Assembly: GCA_038147175.1 (NCBI GenBank)
Contig: JAYQTD010000002.1
Span: 814,570 to 878,569 of the forward strand
DNA: 64,000 nucleotides
Reading direction: 5' to 3'
Source: Candidatus Eutrophosalina marina
GTDB lineage: Bacteria; Bacteroidota; Bacteroidia; Flavobacteriales; Flavobacteriaceae
Part shown: piece by piece, positions 37,480-46,958 of the stretch
How the letters are laid out: each line of letters begins with the position of its first letter
How positions within the stretch are numbered: the first letter of the stretch is position 1
Program-made: the position numbers and the translations under genes
Notes under the pieces: model-generated
Databases searched by the model: none
What the model saw: only the letters and a program-made list of their open reading frames with translations
What the model was told of the DNA's origin: nothing

Positions 37480-38273
37480 CGAGATTGAATGAACTTCAAA
37501 AAAATATTGAGTTAAAGAAAACTTACTTATGTCTAGGATTAGATACTGATATTGAAAAAATTCCTACACATTTAAATAAAAATTCTGATCCAGTTTTTGA
37601 GTTCAATAAATCTTTGATTGACAGGTTGCATAATAAAATCGTAGCAGTTAAAATCAATACGGCATTTTATGAAGCCAATGGAATAGAAGGATGGTCTAGC
37701 TTGACTAAAACCGTGGATTACATAAATCATAACTATCCTGATTTATTTACCATTGCTGATGCTAAAAGAGCAGATATTGGTAATACATCAAATATGTATG
37801 CTAAAGCTTTTTTTGAAAAATTAAATTTTGATTCAATAACTATTTCCCCATACATGGGTAAAGATTCCGTAAGTCAATTTTTAAAATATGAAAATAAATA
37901 TGTAATTCTTCTAGCTTTAACATCTAATGAAGGTTCCAATGATTTTCAAATTCCAAATGATTTATATTTAAATGTTATAGCTAAATCTCAGAACTGGGAA
38001 GAATCAAATAAATTAATGTATGTTGTTGGAGCAACAAAAGATGACTATTTTGAAAAGATTAGAGCTTTAATTCCAGAGAGTTTTTTGTTAATTCCTGGTG
38101 TTGGTTCACAAGGTGGAGATATTAATAAGGTTGTAAAGAATCTTACCAAAACATCAAAGAATATTTTAATCAATGTTTCTAGAGCTATTATTTACGCTTC
38201 TAATTCAAAAGAATATTTGGATGAGGCAGAAAAGTCTGTTGATTATTTTAATTCACAAATAGGTTTTAAATAA
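37476..38273 (+). CDS. pyrF: Orotidine 5'-phosphate decarboxylase (type 2)
   Basis: 265-aa ORF with LCLGLD and [13 protein letters not shown] blocks. Its start overlaps the prfA stop by 4 nt. Confidence 0.85.
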   Translation: MTRLNELQKNIELKKTYLCLGLDTDIEKIPTHLNKNSDPVFEFNKSLIDRLHNKIVAVKINTAFYEANGIEGWSSLTKTVDYINHNYPDLFTIADAKRADIGNTSNMYAKAFFEKLNFDSITISPYMGKDSVSQFLKYENKYVILLALTSNEGSNDFQIPNDLYLNVIAKSQNWEESNKLMYVVGATKDDYFEKIRALIPESFLLIPGVGSQGGDINKVVKNLTKTSKNILINVSRAIIYASNSKEYLDEAEKSVDYFNSQIGFK

Positions 38274-38300
38274 AAAAAGAGGCTTAAAAAAGCCTCTTTT
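38272..38300. terminator. Bidirectional rho-independent terminator
   Basis: AAAAAAAGAGGCTT-AAAA-AAGCCTCTTTT, an 8-bp stem between convergent pyrF and amt. Confidence 0.8.
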
Positions 38301-38371
38301 GTAAGAATTCAGAAATAAAATATTAAACAACTAACTTTATATTATGGATTATTTTCCAAACTCTTTTATTT

Positions 38372-39613
38372 TTATTTCATACTAAAATCACCATAAGCTT
38401 CTGAGCCATGTTCAGCGATATCAAGTCCAACAGCTTCTTCTTTTTCATCAACTCTTAACCCGGCTATTGATTTTACTAATAATGTTATGATTGTAGCTCC
38501 AACTACACAAAAAACTCCAGCAATTCCAACACAAGCTAATTGAACCATAAATTGATCAAAACCAGCTTTTTCTCCGAAAATTCCAACAGCTAATGTTCCC
38601 CATATTCCACAAAACAAATGAACAGGTATTGCTCCTACAGGATCGTCAAGCTTACATTTATCCATAAATGAAATTGATAAAACGACTATAACACCTGCAA
38701 ATAATCCAATTATAATTGCAGTACCAGGCAACATTAAATCTGCCCCTGCTGTAATCCCAACAAGTCCTCCTAAAACACCATTCATAAACATAGTTACATC
38801 TAAACTTTTATATCTAGCCCATGTAAATAAGGCTGCACCAATTCCACCAGCTGCTGCAGCAAGGCATGTGGTAACTAGAGTTATTGATGTTAGAGCGGGG
38901 TCAGCAGATAATACTGATCCACCATTAAACCCAAACCAACCTAACCAAAGGATTAGTACTCCTGCTGCTGAGAGAGGAATATTAGAACCTGGAATTGCTT
39001 GAGGATTTCCATCTGAGTCAAATTTTCCTTTTCTAGCACCTAAAAAATATATAACAACTAGTGCTCCCCATCCACCAACAGAGTGAACAAGTGTAGAGCC
39101 TGCAAAATCATAAAAACCTAAATCTTCGTTAATAAAAGTGCTAAAAAATCCGCTTCCCCATTGCCATGATCCAACTATTGGATATATAATAGCCACATAT
39201 AAAAAAGCAATAAGCATAAATGATGAAATTTTAATTCTTTCAGCTACAGCTCCTGAAATAATTGTGGCTGCTGTTGCTGCAAACATTCCTTGGAACAGAA
39301 AATCTGTCCAGTAAGTGTAACCTCCATCTGCGTATGCTATTTGATCATATCCTTCACCTGGATTTAATCCAAAATCTGAAAATCCTAAAACACCATCGAT
39401 AATATTAAAATCTCCAGGATACATTAAATTAAAACCAAAACCACAATAAACAAGTAATCCCATTGTGATTACAAAGAAATTTTTAAAAAGTATGTTTATT
39501 GTATTTTTTTGTCTTGTTAAACCAATTTCTAAGAATGTGAAACCTAAGTGCATAAAAAATACTAATGCAGTACATATCATCATCCATACGTTGTTCGTCG
39601 TTAATAATTCCAT
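38372..39613 (-). CDS. amt: Ammonium transporter (Amt family), copy 2
   Basis: 413-aa polytopic ORF with FAATAATIISGAVAERIK, DFAGSTLVHSVGGW and the twin-His PVHLFCGIWGT. It lies immediately downstream of glnK. Confidence 0.95.
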   Translation of the reverse strand: MELLTTNNVWMMICTALVFFMHLGFTFLEIGLTRQKNTINILFKNFFVITMGLLVYCGFGFNLMYPGDFNIIDGVLGFSDFGLNPGEGYDQIAYADGGYTYWTDFLFQGMFAATAATIISGAVAERIKISSFMLIAFLYVAIIYPIVGSWQWGSGFFSTFINEDLGFYDFAGSTLVHSVGGWGALVVIYFLGARKGKFDSDGNPQAIPGSNIPLSAAGVLILWLGWFGFNGGSVLSADPALTSITLVTTCLAAAAGGIGAALFTWARYKSLDVTMFMNGVLGGLVGITAGADLMLPGTAIIIGLFAGVIVVLSISFMDKCKLDDPVGAIPVHLFCGIWGTLAVGIFGEKAGFDQFMVQLACVGIAGVFCVVGATIITLLVKSIAGLRVDEKEEAVGLDIAEHGSEAYGDFSMK

Positions 39614-39619
39614 CTTATT

Positions 39620-39958
39620 TTAATTTAATGATTCGTTACCTTTTTCTCCTGTTCTTATTCTGTAAGCCTCTTTAATTTCACTTACAAATATTTTCCCATC
39701 TCCTACATTGTCTGTGGAACCAGATTTTAATATTGCTTCTATAGTTCTATCAAGAAAAGGATCAGAAACTACTATAGATAGATATCTTCTCTGAATGTCT
39801 GAGGTACTGTAAGTTATGCCTCTATAACTTTTACCAACTTTTTCATTACCAACACCAGTAACGTCCCAGTAACTGAAGAAGTTCACTTCAACATTGTGAA
39901 GAGCTTCTTTTACTTCTCGAAATTTAGACTTTCGAATAATTGCTTCTACTTTTTTCAT
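39620..39958 (-). CDS. glnK: P-II family nitrogen regulatory protein (GlnK-like, divergent T-loop)
   Basis: 112-aa ORF with MKKVEAIIRKSKFREVKEAL..., a C-terminal GDGKIFVSEIKEAYRIRTGE and the canonical glnK-amt gene order. The T-loop region (GVGNEKVGKSYRGITY) differs from the enterobacterial GFGRQKG. Confidence 0.85.
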   Translation of the reverse strand: MKKVEAIIRKSKFREVKEALHNVEVNFFSYWDVTGVGNEKVGKSYRGITYSTSDIQRRYLSIVVSDPFLDRTIEAILKSGSTDNVGDGKIFVSEIKEAYRIRTGEKGNESLN

Positions 39959-39981
39959 ATAAAGAATAATTGTTTAAGCGT

Positions 39982-39989
39982 CAAATGTA
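39982..39989 (-). promoter_or_regulatory. Candidate -7 promoter box (TAnnTTTG)
   Basis: TACATTTG on the minus strand, 23 nt upstream of the glnK ATG (39958). Confidence 0.3.
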
Positions 39990-40124
39990 AATTTTAGATC
40001 TTAAGACTAATAGAAAATATTTGATTTAAAAGACTCTTTTATTAATAACTAATTTTTGAAAGTATAATTTTTAGAATTTCTTAAAATTATGGTGCTAAAA
40101 TTTAGAAATTCAGAAATATTGAAA

Positions 40125-40156
40125 AATAAAAAAGGCTACAAAAATGTAGCCTTTTC
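40125..40156 (-). terminator. Rho-independent terminator after amt copy 1
   Basis: AAAGGCTACA-(AAAA)-TGTAGCCTTT, a 10-bp stem. The minus-strand transcript is followed by a U-run (TTTTTTATTTTT). Confidence 0.8.
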
Positions 40157-40177
40157 AATTAAAAACTTAAAGTTTTA

Positions 40178-41455
40178 TTATGGTTTGATTCCAAAAATTG
40201 TCTCACCATGTTCGTTGATATCTAATCCGCCTTTCTCAACTTCTTCACTTACTCTTAATCCAATTGTTTTCTTTAAAACAAATAAGATTAGGAACGAAGT
40301 ACCAGCAGCCCAAGCACAATAAGCTAACGTACCTAAAGCTTGAGTTCCAAGCTGAGCAGCTCCACCTCCATTAAATAGTCCAATTCCTGTAGAAGCATCC
40401 ATTGGATCAGCAACTCCCCAGAGACCAATTACAATTGTTCCCCAAACACCTGCTAAACCGTGAGCTGAAAATGCTCCAATAGCATCATCAATTTTTAGTT
40501 TTTTCTCTACAAATTCAATTGAAGCGACAACCAATACACCACCAATTAATCCGGCAAGCATTCCTCCGCCAAAAGTCATGTTACCACAACCTGCAGTAAT
40601 TGATACAAGTCCAGCAATACAACCATTTAGTGTTTGAGATAAACTTGGTTTACCAAACCATAGCCATGATGTGATTAATGCACCAAGTCCACCAGCTGCA
40701 GCAGCGATTTGAGTTACCATAACAACTGCTGAAGCATATACTGAATCGTCACCACCCCAAGCAAGTTGTGATCCACCATTAAATCCAAACCAGCCTAGCC
40801 AAAGAACAAAAACTCCTAAGGTTGCTGCTAAAAGATTACTTCCTGGGATCGGATTTACTGATCCGTCTTTACCGTATTTTCCTAATCTTGGACCAACCAT
40901 GCATGCTGCAACTAATGCTGCTACACCACCAACTGCATGTACAATTGATGATCCTGCAAAGTCAATAAACCCTCTGTCAGCTAACCATGCACCATCTCCA
41001 TACCATTGCCATCCACCAGAAATTGGATATATGATTGCTGTCATGAAAATTGTGAAAATTATATATGTCGAATACTTAGTTCTTCCAGCAACTGCACCTG
41101 AAACAATTGTAGCAGCTGTTGCAGCAAAGACTAATTGAAAAAACACATCATGTGCTCCTGCACCAGGGTTAAACCAAATGTCAGAACCCAATGAAATGAA
41201 TCCTCCTGTTTTCGCACCATACATTAATCCATAACCTATAGCCCAAAATGTAATAGTGGCTACTGAAATGTCCATGAAATTTTTCATAGCAATGTTCACA
41301 GCATTTTTGCTTTGAGTCATTCCAGCCTCAAGTAATGTGAATCCAGCTTGCATGAAAAAAACTAATATTCCTGAAATTAAAATCCACAGGATTGTAAAAT
41401 CATCATTTACTTCGGTTAGTACGTTGTTGTTGTATAAAAATGTAAATAAATTCAT
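40178..41455 (-). CDS. amt: Ammonium transporter (Amt family), copy 1
   Basis: 425-aa polytopic ORF with FAATAATIVSGAVAGRTK, DFAGSSIVHAVGG and the twin-His SAHGLAGVWGT. It looks visibly more GC-rich than copy 2 by eye. Confidence 0.95.
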   Translation of the reverse strand: MNLFTFLYNNNVLTEVNDDFTILWILISGILVFFMQAGFTLLEAGMTQSKNAVNIAMKNFMDISVATITFWAIGYGLMYGAKTGGFISLGSDIWFNPGAGAHDVFFQLVFAATAATIVSGAVAGRTKYSTYIIFTIFMTAIIYPISGGWQWYGDGAWLADRGFIDFAGSSIVHAVGGVAALVAACMVGPRLGKYGKDGSVNPIPGSNLLAATLGVFVLWLGWFGFNGGSQLAWGGDDSVYASAVVMVTQIAAAAGGLGALITSWLWFGKPSLSQTLNGCIAGLVSITAGCGNMTFGGGMLAGLIGGVLVVASIEFVEKKLKIDDAIGAFSAHGLAGVWGTIVIGLWGVADPMDASTGIGLFNGGGAAQLGTQALGTLAYCAWAAGTSFLILFVLKKTIGLRVSEEVEKGGLDINEHGETIFGIKP

Positions 41456-41473
41456 AGTATATGTAAATTTTAA

Positions 41474-42124
41474 TTAGAAACTAAATCCAAATACTAAGAA
41501 TGCTGATTCTGCATCTGGATTATAAATAAATGATCCAAATACAGGAAGTGAATAATCTTCAGTGAATTTAATTTCCTTTTCACCACTGAATGAAAGATTT
41601 ACAAGTCCACTTTCTCCACCTGCGTAGAAAGCATCAGCAGCATCACTACCAAAACCTATTCCTACACCTACAGGACCTAATGGGAAACCTGCTTCAATGT
41701 ATAAAGCTTCTAAATCTGTAAAATAACCAACTGTTAGATCAATTGGACCTAAACTTGTTGAACCACTTAATTCTAAATCGCCATCAAATACACCACCACT
41801 AGAGTAAGTTCCATCTGAACTAGGAAAAGAATAATTAGTAACAGTAATTGCTAAAGGACCAAAGTCGTATGACGCCCACAAATCAAGTTCGTGACCTCCA
41901 TCACCTCCAGTAATAGGAAAACTTCCCCAGATACCACCAGTTAGTGCACCAGAACCTAACTCCATCCAAGGTTGAACGTGAGGGCCTTCACCAAATTGGG
42001 TACCTCTCCAAACATATGCACTAACGACATCCGCTCCGAAGTCTTGTGCTTTTGCAGTTTCAACATTGAAAGTCATTAAAAAAGTGAAAATGACTAACGA
42101 TAAATTTTTTAAATAATTTTTCAT
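41474..42124 (-). CDS. TorF/Gcw_chp-family putative outer-membrane porin
   Basis: The ORF is open to 42157. The ATG at 42124 gives the signal peptide MKNYLKNLSLVIFTFLMTFNVETAKA. Family pattern SAYVWRG...VQPW...GIWGS...ELDLWASY is present and the C-terminus is FGFSF. It lies directly upstream of amt. Confidence 0.55.
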   Translation of the reverse strand: MKNYLKNLSLVIFTFLMTFNVETAKAQDFGADVVSAYVWRGTQFGEGPHVQPWMELGSGALTGGIWGSFPITGGDGGHELDLWASYDFGPLAITVTNYSFPSSDGTYSSGGVFDGDLELSGSTSLGPIDLTVGYFTDLEALYIEAGFPLGPVGVGIGFGSDAADAFYAGGESGLVNLSFSGEKEIKFTEDYSLPVFGSFIYNPDAESAFLVFGFSF

Positions 42125-42317
42125 AAGATATTTTTTAATTGGGCTAAAACTATTCAATCAAACATTCAGTTTTGTAACACTAGGCTGTGTTTTGGATATA
42201 TTTTGTGAATACAAAAAAAAATAGTCTGTAAAAATTATAAATCTTCAAAAAATCTATGCTTAAATATTGATATTAATAATTTGTAAGATATAATAAACTG
42301 TAAATCAGTATATTAAA

Positions 42318-42683
42318 TTATTTTGCAAGTGAAAAGCCAAGAAAAGCAAATAAAACACCTGCTACTATTGTAATAGAAGAGTAGATGAAAAAATAATTAT
42401 AAGAACCACTATTTAGCATCTCTAAACTTTCTGCAGAAAAAGCAGAAAAGGTTGTAAATCCCCCACAGAATCCAGTTGTAAGAAATATAAATTCTGGGTT
42501 ATTCAAGTTGTTGTTTTTTAAACCATAGCCAATAATCAATCCTATTAAAAAAGAACCCAAAATATTCACAAATAGAGTGCCTATTGGAAAATTTAAGTTT
42601 GAATAATTTATTTTTGAAATCAAAAATCTAAGCATACTACCTAATCCACCTCCAACAAATACTAAGATTAAATTCTTAACCAT
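42318..42683 (-). CDS. crcB: Fluoride ion channel CrcB/FluC
   Basis: 121-aa 4-TM ORF with GGGLGSMLRF and GFCGGFTTFSAFS motifs. Confidence 0.9.
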   Translation of the reverse strand: MVKNLILVFVGGGLGSMLRFLISKINYSNLNFPIGTLFVNILGSFLIGLIIGYGLKNNNLNNPEFIFLTTGFCGGFTTFSAFSAESLEMLNSGSYNYFFIYSSITIVAGVLFAFLGFSLAK

Positions 42684-42864
42684 TTACAATTGACTTTAAA
42701 AAAACTAATAAGCTGAAAAAAACTATAAAACCAATTAAAACCCATATAACACCTTTATATGTGTCTTTGAGGTATTTAATATCTTTCCTGTAGCTGTAGA
42801 TGATTATGCAGATAAATGAAATAACAAAAAATATTGCAAAAATTAATTGACCTTGACTAAACAT
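42676..42864 (-). CDS. Small 2-TM membrane protein (hypothetical)
   Basis: The ORF is open to 42936. The ATG at 42864 (MFSQGQLIFAIFFVISF...) avoids overlap with the divergent gene. It overlaps the crcB start by 8 nt. Confidence 0.4.
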   Translation of the reverse strand: MFSQGQLIFAIFFVISFICIIIYSYRKDIKYLKDTYKGVIWVLIGFIVFFSLLVFLKSIVNG

Positions 42865-42900
42865 ATTTTTAAGTTTATAAAGATAAATCATTATATCATT

Positions 42901-43284
42901 ATGAAAAAACAAATTGAATCCGTAAAGAAATTTCACAATACGTATAAACTCGGATACAGTGAAACACCAATAGCAAACCTTGGAAATAGCAAAAACAAAT
43001 TAAGATTTAGTTTGATGAGTGAAGAAAATGAGGAGTATTTAGAAGCTGCTAATAATGATGATATTATTGAGGTTGCTGATGCATTAGGTGATATGTTATA
43101 TATTCTTTGTGGAACAATTATCGAACATGGAATGCAGGATATAATTGAAGATGTTTTTGATGAAATTCAAAGAAGTAATATGAGTAAACTAGGGGAGGAT
43201 GGTGAACCTATATATAGAGAGGATGGAAAAGTTCTAAAAGGACCTAATTATTTCAAACCTAATTTTAAAAAATTCTTTAATTGA
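42901..43284 (+). CDS. MazG-like nucleoside triphosphate pyrophosphohydrolase family protein
   Basis: The ORF is open from 42847, and the ATG at 42901 gives MKKQIESVKKFH. All-alpha NTP-PPase blocks EENEEYLEA...EVADALGDMLYILCGT are present. Confidence 0.6.
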   Translation: MKKQIESVKKFHNTYKLGYSETPIANLGNSKNKLRFSLMSEENEEYLEAANNDDIIEVADALGDMLYILCGTIIEHGMQDIIEDVFDEIQRSNMSKLGEDGEPIYREDGKVLKGPNYFKPNFKKFFN

Positions 43285-44341
43285 CTTTAAATTGCCAGTC
43301 GGAGAAGTTAGATGTTTCACCGAATTGAATCTCATGGAGAGTTTTCTTCAAAAGGTTTGAGTATGAACTTGGAATATTTTCTAGTTTATATTTATTATCT
43401 CTAAATCCAAATCCATTAATTGGAAGGATTGTAACTGCTGTTCCAGTTCCAAAAATTTCTTTCAAAGCACCAGTTTTATGACTATCAACTAATTCATTAA
43501 CGCTGATAGGTCTTTCATCAACATCTATACCCATGTTTTTTGCAATTTCTATTATACTTTTTCTAGTTATTCCATCTAAAATACTGTCACTAGTAGGAGA
43601 TGTAATCAGAGTATTATTGATCCTAAAAAATAGATTCATTGTACCAGCTTCCTCAATTAGATTATGTTTATTTGAATCTGTCCATATTATTTGTTGATAT
43701 CCTTCATCTCTGGCGATTTTTGTAGGATAAAACTGTGCAGCATAGTTTCCAGATGCTTTAGCATAACCAACACCACCTTTTGCAGCTCTACTAAATTTTT
43801 CTTCAACTTTTACCCAGATTTCTTGATTCTGATAATAAGCTTTGGCTGGTGTACAAATTATCATAAAACTGTACTCATTTGCTTCACTTGCACTTATTGA
43901 AGCTTCGGAGGCAATCACAAAAGGTCTAATGTAAAGTGAGTTATCATAACCTGTTTTTACCCAGTCTGAATCAACTTTAAGTAATTCTACCAAGCCATTA
44001 AAAAAAACTTCTTTATCAATTTCAGGAATTGCTAATCTTTTAGAGGACTTATTGAATCTTTCGAAATTTTCATCAGGCCTGAACATAAAAATTTCGCCGG
44101 AATTATTTTTGTAAGCTTTCATTCCTTCAAAAATTGCTTGTCCGTAATGAAAAACTCTTGCAGAAGGACTAATTTCGATATTCTGATAAGGAACAATTCT
44201 TGCATTGTTCCAACTATTATTATTATAATCACAAATAAACATATGATCTGTGAAGTGCTTGCCAAAAGTTAGATTATCAAAATCAACATTTGAAATTTTT
44301 GAAGTTTTAGCTTTATTTATTTTCATTTTCTTGATGTCCAA
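43277..44341 (-). CDS. ilvE: Branched-chain amino acid aminotransferase (class IV)
   Basis: 354-aa ORF with HYGQAIFEGMKAY, LYIRPF, GGVGYAKASGNYA and GTMNLFF blocks. Confidence 0.9.
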   Translation of the reverse strand: MDIKKMKINKAKTSKISNVDFDNLTFGKHFTDHMFICDYNNNSWNNARIVPYQNIEISPSARVFHYGQAIFEGMKAYKNNSGEIFMFRPDENFERFNKSSKRLAIPEIDKEVFFNGLVELLKVDSDWVKTGYDNSLYIRPFVIASEASISASEANEYSFMIICTPAKAYYQNQEIWVKVEEKFSRAAKGGVGYAKASGNYAAQFYPTKIARDEGYQQIIWTDSNKHNLIEEAGTMNLFFRINNTLITSPTSDSILDGITRKSIIEIAKNMGIDVDERPISVNELVDSHKTGALKEIFGTGTAVTILPINGFGFRDNKYKLENIPSSYSNLLKKTLHEIQFGETSNFSDWQFKVN

Positions 44342-44388
44342 TTCAAAAGTACAAATTAACTTGAATCAAAAAATTTAATTATTCAAAA

Positions 44389-45303
44389 ATGAAGTTTTTA
44401 ATTAGTGGAGGAACAGGTTTAATAGGCAATAGGTTAACACAATACCTAATTGACAAAGGTCATTCGGTCAATATTTTGACTAGAAATAAGACTTTGAATT
44501 CAATTAATCATCATATAAAATATTATTTCTGGGATCCCTCAAATTTTAAAATTGATAGTAATTGTATTGATAATGTTGATGTGATTATAAATTTAGCAGG
44601 TAAAAATATTTTTTCTTTTTGGAGTGAGAAAACAAAAAAAGAAATACTTGAATCAAGGTTAAATTCAGTAACAACACTAATTAAATTACTAAAAGAAAAT
44701 AAAAATACAGTCAAACATTTCATTTCTTCCTCTGCAACCGGAATTTATGCTAATAATATTAAAGAAATCCAAGATGAATTCTCTGAGATTAAAAATCAAA
44801 GCTTTTTAGCAAATGTTGTTATGAAATGGGAAAAAAAAGTTGATGAATTGAGTGAATTAAATATGATAGTATCCAAAGTACGAATAGGTATTGTGCTTAG
44901 TGTTGATGGTGGATTTTTAGAAAAACAAATATTATTTAATAATCTAAGGTTTAGACCATTAATTAATAAAGGAAAGCAAAATATTTCATGGATACACATA
45001 GATGATGTGGTAAGAATTTTTTATTTCTTAGTTGAGAATTCATTAGGGGGAGTTTACAATGCTACATCACCTAATTTTTCAACAAATCTAGAATTGACAG
45101 ATAAAATTGAAAATCTAAGAAAAAAATATCTGATTAACATTTCAACTCCATCACTTTTTGCTTCTATTCCATTTAAAATTTTAAGAATAGGAGATTTTTT
45201 TAAAGAGGTTGTTATGTTTAATTCTAAAGTTATTCCTAAAAAGCTAGTAGATAAAGGTTTTGTTTTTAAATTTGAATCATTAAAAAAAATTATGACATTT
45301 TGA
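44389..45303 (+). CDS. TIGR01777/YfcH-like NAD-dependent epimerase family protein (SDR + DUF1731)
   Basis: 304-aa ORF with the Rossmann start ISGGTGLIGNRL, an internal WIHIDD block and a C-terminal KLVDKGFVFKF. Confidence 0.75.
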   Translation: MKFLISGGTGLIGNRLTQYLIDKGHSVNILTRNKTLNSINHHIKYYFWDPSNFKIDSNCIDNVDVIINLAGKNIFSFWSEKTKKEILESRLNSVTTLIKLLKENKNTVKHFISSSATGIYANNIKEIQDEFSEIKNQSFLANVVMKWEKKVDELSELNMIVSKVRIGIVLSVDGGFLEKQILFNNLRFRPLINKGKQNISWIHIDDVVRIFYFLVENSLGGVYNATSPNFSTNLELTDKIENLRKKYLINISTPSLFASIPFKILRIGDFFKEVVMFNSKVIPKKLVDKGFVFKFESLKKIMTF

Positions 45304-45331
45304 CACTCCTTTCAGAATGGCAATACATTTG
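45300..45331 (+). promoter_or_regulatory. Candidate Bacteroidota promoter (TTG-N21-TACATTTG) for grpE-dnaJ
   Basis: TTG at 45300-45302 and TACATTTG at 45324-45331, with the grpE ATG at 45345. The leader would be very short. Confidence 0.35.
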
Positions 45332-45344
45332 AGTATAATAGATT

Positions 45345-45836
45345 ATGGCAGAAAAAAAACAGAGAAAAAAGAAACCAACTCTTAAAGATCAAATATCAGA
45401 ACTCAATTCACAAGTAAACGATGAAAAAGATAAATTTCTAAGACTATTTGCTGAATTTGAGAATTACAGAAAAAGAACAGCAAAAGAAAGATTAGAATTA
45501 TTTAAGACTGCTTCGCAGGAGTTAATGACAGCTTTACTTCCAATTGCTGATGATATGGATCGAGCCCTTTCTGAATTGAAGAAAAGTGAGAATGATGAGA
45601 ATCTTCAAGGTTTTGAGCTTATATATTCAAAATTTAATGATATTTTGAAAACAAAAGGTCTTACTCAAATTGATGTTAAAATTGGTGACAAGTTTGATAG
45701 CGAAAATCATGAAGCTATTACTCAAATTAAAGCTGATAAGGAGGAAAATAAAGGAACTGTGATTGATGTAGTAGAGAAAGGTTATAAACTTGGTGAAAAA
45801 GTAATTAGATACCCTAAAGTAGTAGTAGCAATTTAA
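45345..45836 (+). CDS. grpE: Nucleotide exchange factor GrpE
   Basis: 163-aa ORF with [32 protein letters not shown] and a C-terminal [16 protein letters not shown]. Confidence 0.9.
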   Translation: MAEKKQRKKKPTLKDQISELNSQVNDEKDKFLRLFAEFENYRKRTAKERLELFKTASQELMTALLPIADDMDRALSELKKSENDENLQGFELIYSKFNDILKTKGLTQIDVKIGDKFDSENHEAITQIKADKEENKGTVIDVVEKGYKLGEKVIRYPKVVVAI

Positions 45837-45837
45837 A

Positions 45838-46941
45838 ATGAAGGAAGATTTTTATAACATACTTGGAGTTAGTAAAAATGCTTCTGATTCAGAAATAAAA
45901 AAAGCATACAGGAAATTAGCTATTAAATATCATCCTGATAAAAATCCTGATGACCCTAAAGCTGAAGAAAAATTTAAGCAAGCTGCTGAGGCATATGAGG
46001 TTTTAGGAAATAAAGAAAAAAGAGCTAAGTACGATCAGTTTGGACATTCTGCTTTTCAAGGAGGTGGTTTTGGCTCAGGTGGTATGAACATGGAAGATAT
46101 CTTCAGTCAATTTGGAGATATATTCGGAGGTGCATTCGGCGGATTTGGTGGATTTGGTGGTTCTTCAGCAAGAAGATCTAAAGGAACAAACCTTAGAATA
46201 AAAGTTTCGCTAACTATTAATGAAATTGCTGAGGGTGTCAATAAAAAAATTAAAGTTAAAAGAAAAATACAAGCACCTGGACTTGAATATTCTACTTGTC
46301 GAACTTGTGGCGGATCGGGTCAAGTAACTCAGGTCACTAATACAATTTTAGGTAGAATGCAGTCAACTACAACATGTAGTAATTGCTCAGGTACAGGGAA
46401 GATTGTAACCAATAGGCCATCAGGATCTGATTCTAATGGACAAATTACTGTTGAAGAAACTGTTGATGTAAAAATACCAGCTGGTGTGGAAGACGGTATG
46501 CAACTTCGAGTTTCTGGAAAAGGTAATGAACCTTTTACTGATGGAATACCTGGTGATCTTTTAATTTTGATTAGTGAGATTGAAGACAATGACTTTAAAA
46601 GAGAGGGTAATAATTTACATTTAGATCTCTATATAAGTATATCTGATGCTGTTTTGGGTGTTTCCAAGGAAATAAACACTGTAAACGGAAAAGTCAGGAT
46701 TAAGCTTGATGCTGGAATACAGTCTGGAAAAATATTAAGACTTCGAGGAAAAGGACTTAAATCAGTAAATGGATATGGATCAGGTGATCTTCTAGTTCAT
46801 GTAAATGTATGGACGCCAAAAACTTTAAGTAAAGATCAAAAAAACTTTTTTGAGGATAATAAAAATAATGATCATTTTAAACCCTCACCTGATAAAAATG
46901 ATAAATCTTTCTTTGAGAAGGTTAAAGACATGTTTTCATAA
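45838..46941 (+). CDS. dnaJ: Molecular chaperone DnaJ (type I, but with only two of four CxxCxGxG motifs)
   Basis: 367-aa ORF with a J-domain (DFYNILGV...YHPDKN), a G/F region and a Cys-rich region containing only CRTCGGSG and CSNCSGTG, followed by C-terminal substrate-binding domains. Confidence 0.95.
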   Translation: MKEDFYNILGVSKNASDSEIKKAYRKLAIKYHPDKNPDDPKAEEKFKQAAEAYEVLGNKEKRAKYDQFGHSAFQGGGFGSGGMNMEDIFSQFGDIFGGAFGGFGGFGGSSARRSKGTNLRIKVSLTINEIAEGVNKKIKVKRKIQAPGLEYSTCRTCGGSGQVTQVTNTILGRMQSTTTCSNCSGTGKIVTNRPSGSDSNGQITVEETVDVKIPAGVEDGMQLRVSGKGNEPFTDGIPGDLLILISEIEDNDFKREGNNLHLDLYISISDAVLGVSKEINTVNGKVRIKLDAGIQSGKILRLRGKGLKSVNGYGSGDLLVHVNVWTPKTLSKDQKNFFEDNKNNDHFKPSPDKNDKSFFEKVKDMFS

Positions 46942-46958
46942 TTTACTATATTCAGGAA

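Noticed and set aside
39959-40177. Glutamine (glnA RNA) riboswitch or similar element upstream of glnK, amt, the porin and GSII
   Set aside because: I scanned the leaders at 39959-40177, 42125-42317 and 34993-35224 by eye for the conserved GGAAGUAGG / AAGGAACGC-type blocks and found none. The regions are almost pure A/T.
40089-40322. 77-aa plus-strand ORF between glnK and amt
   Set aside because: It runs through the amt copy 1 terminator hairpin and is antisense to the amt 3' end. It has no start context or recognisable sequence.
42684-42900. Fluoride riboswitch (crcB motif) upstream of crcB
   Set aside because: crcB overlaps an upstream small membrane ORF. The remaining non-coding space (42865-42900) is only about 36 nt of AT-rich sequence, too short for the riboswitch, and it lacks the GC-containing conserved core.
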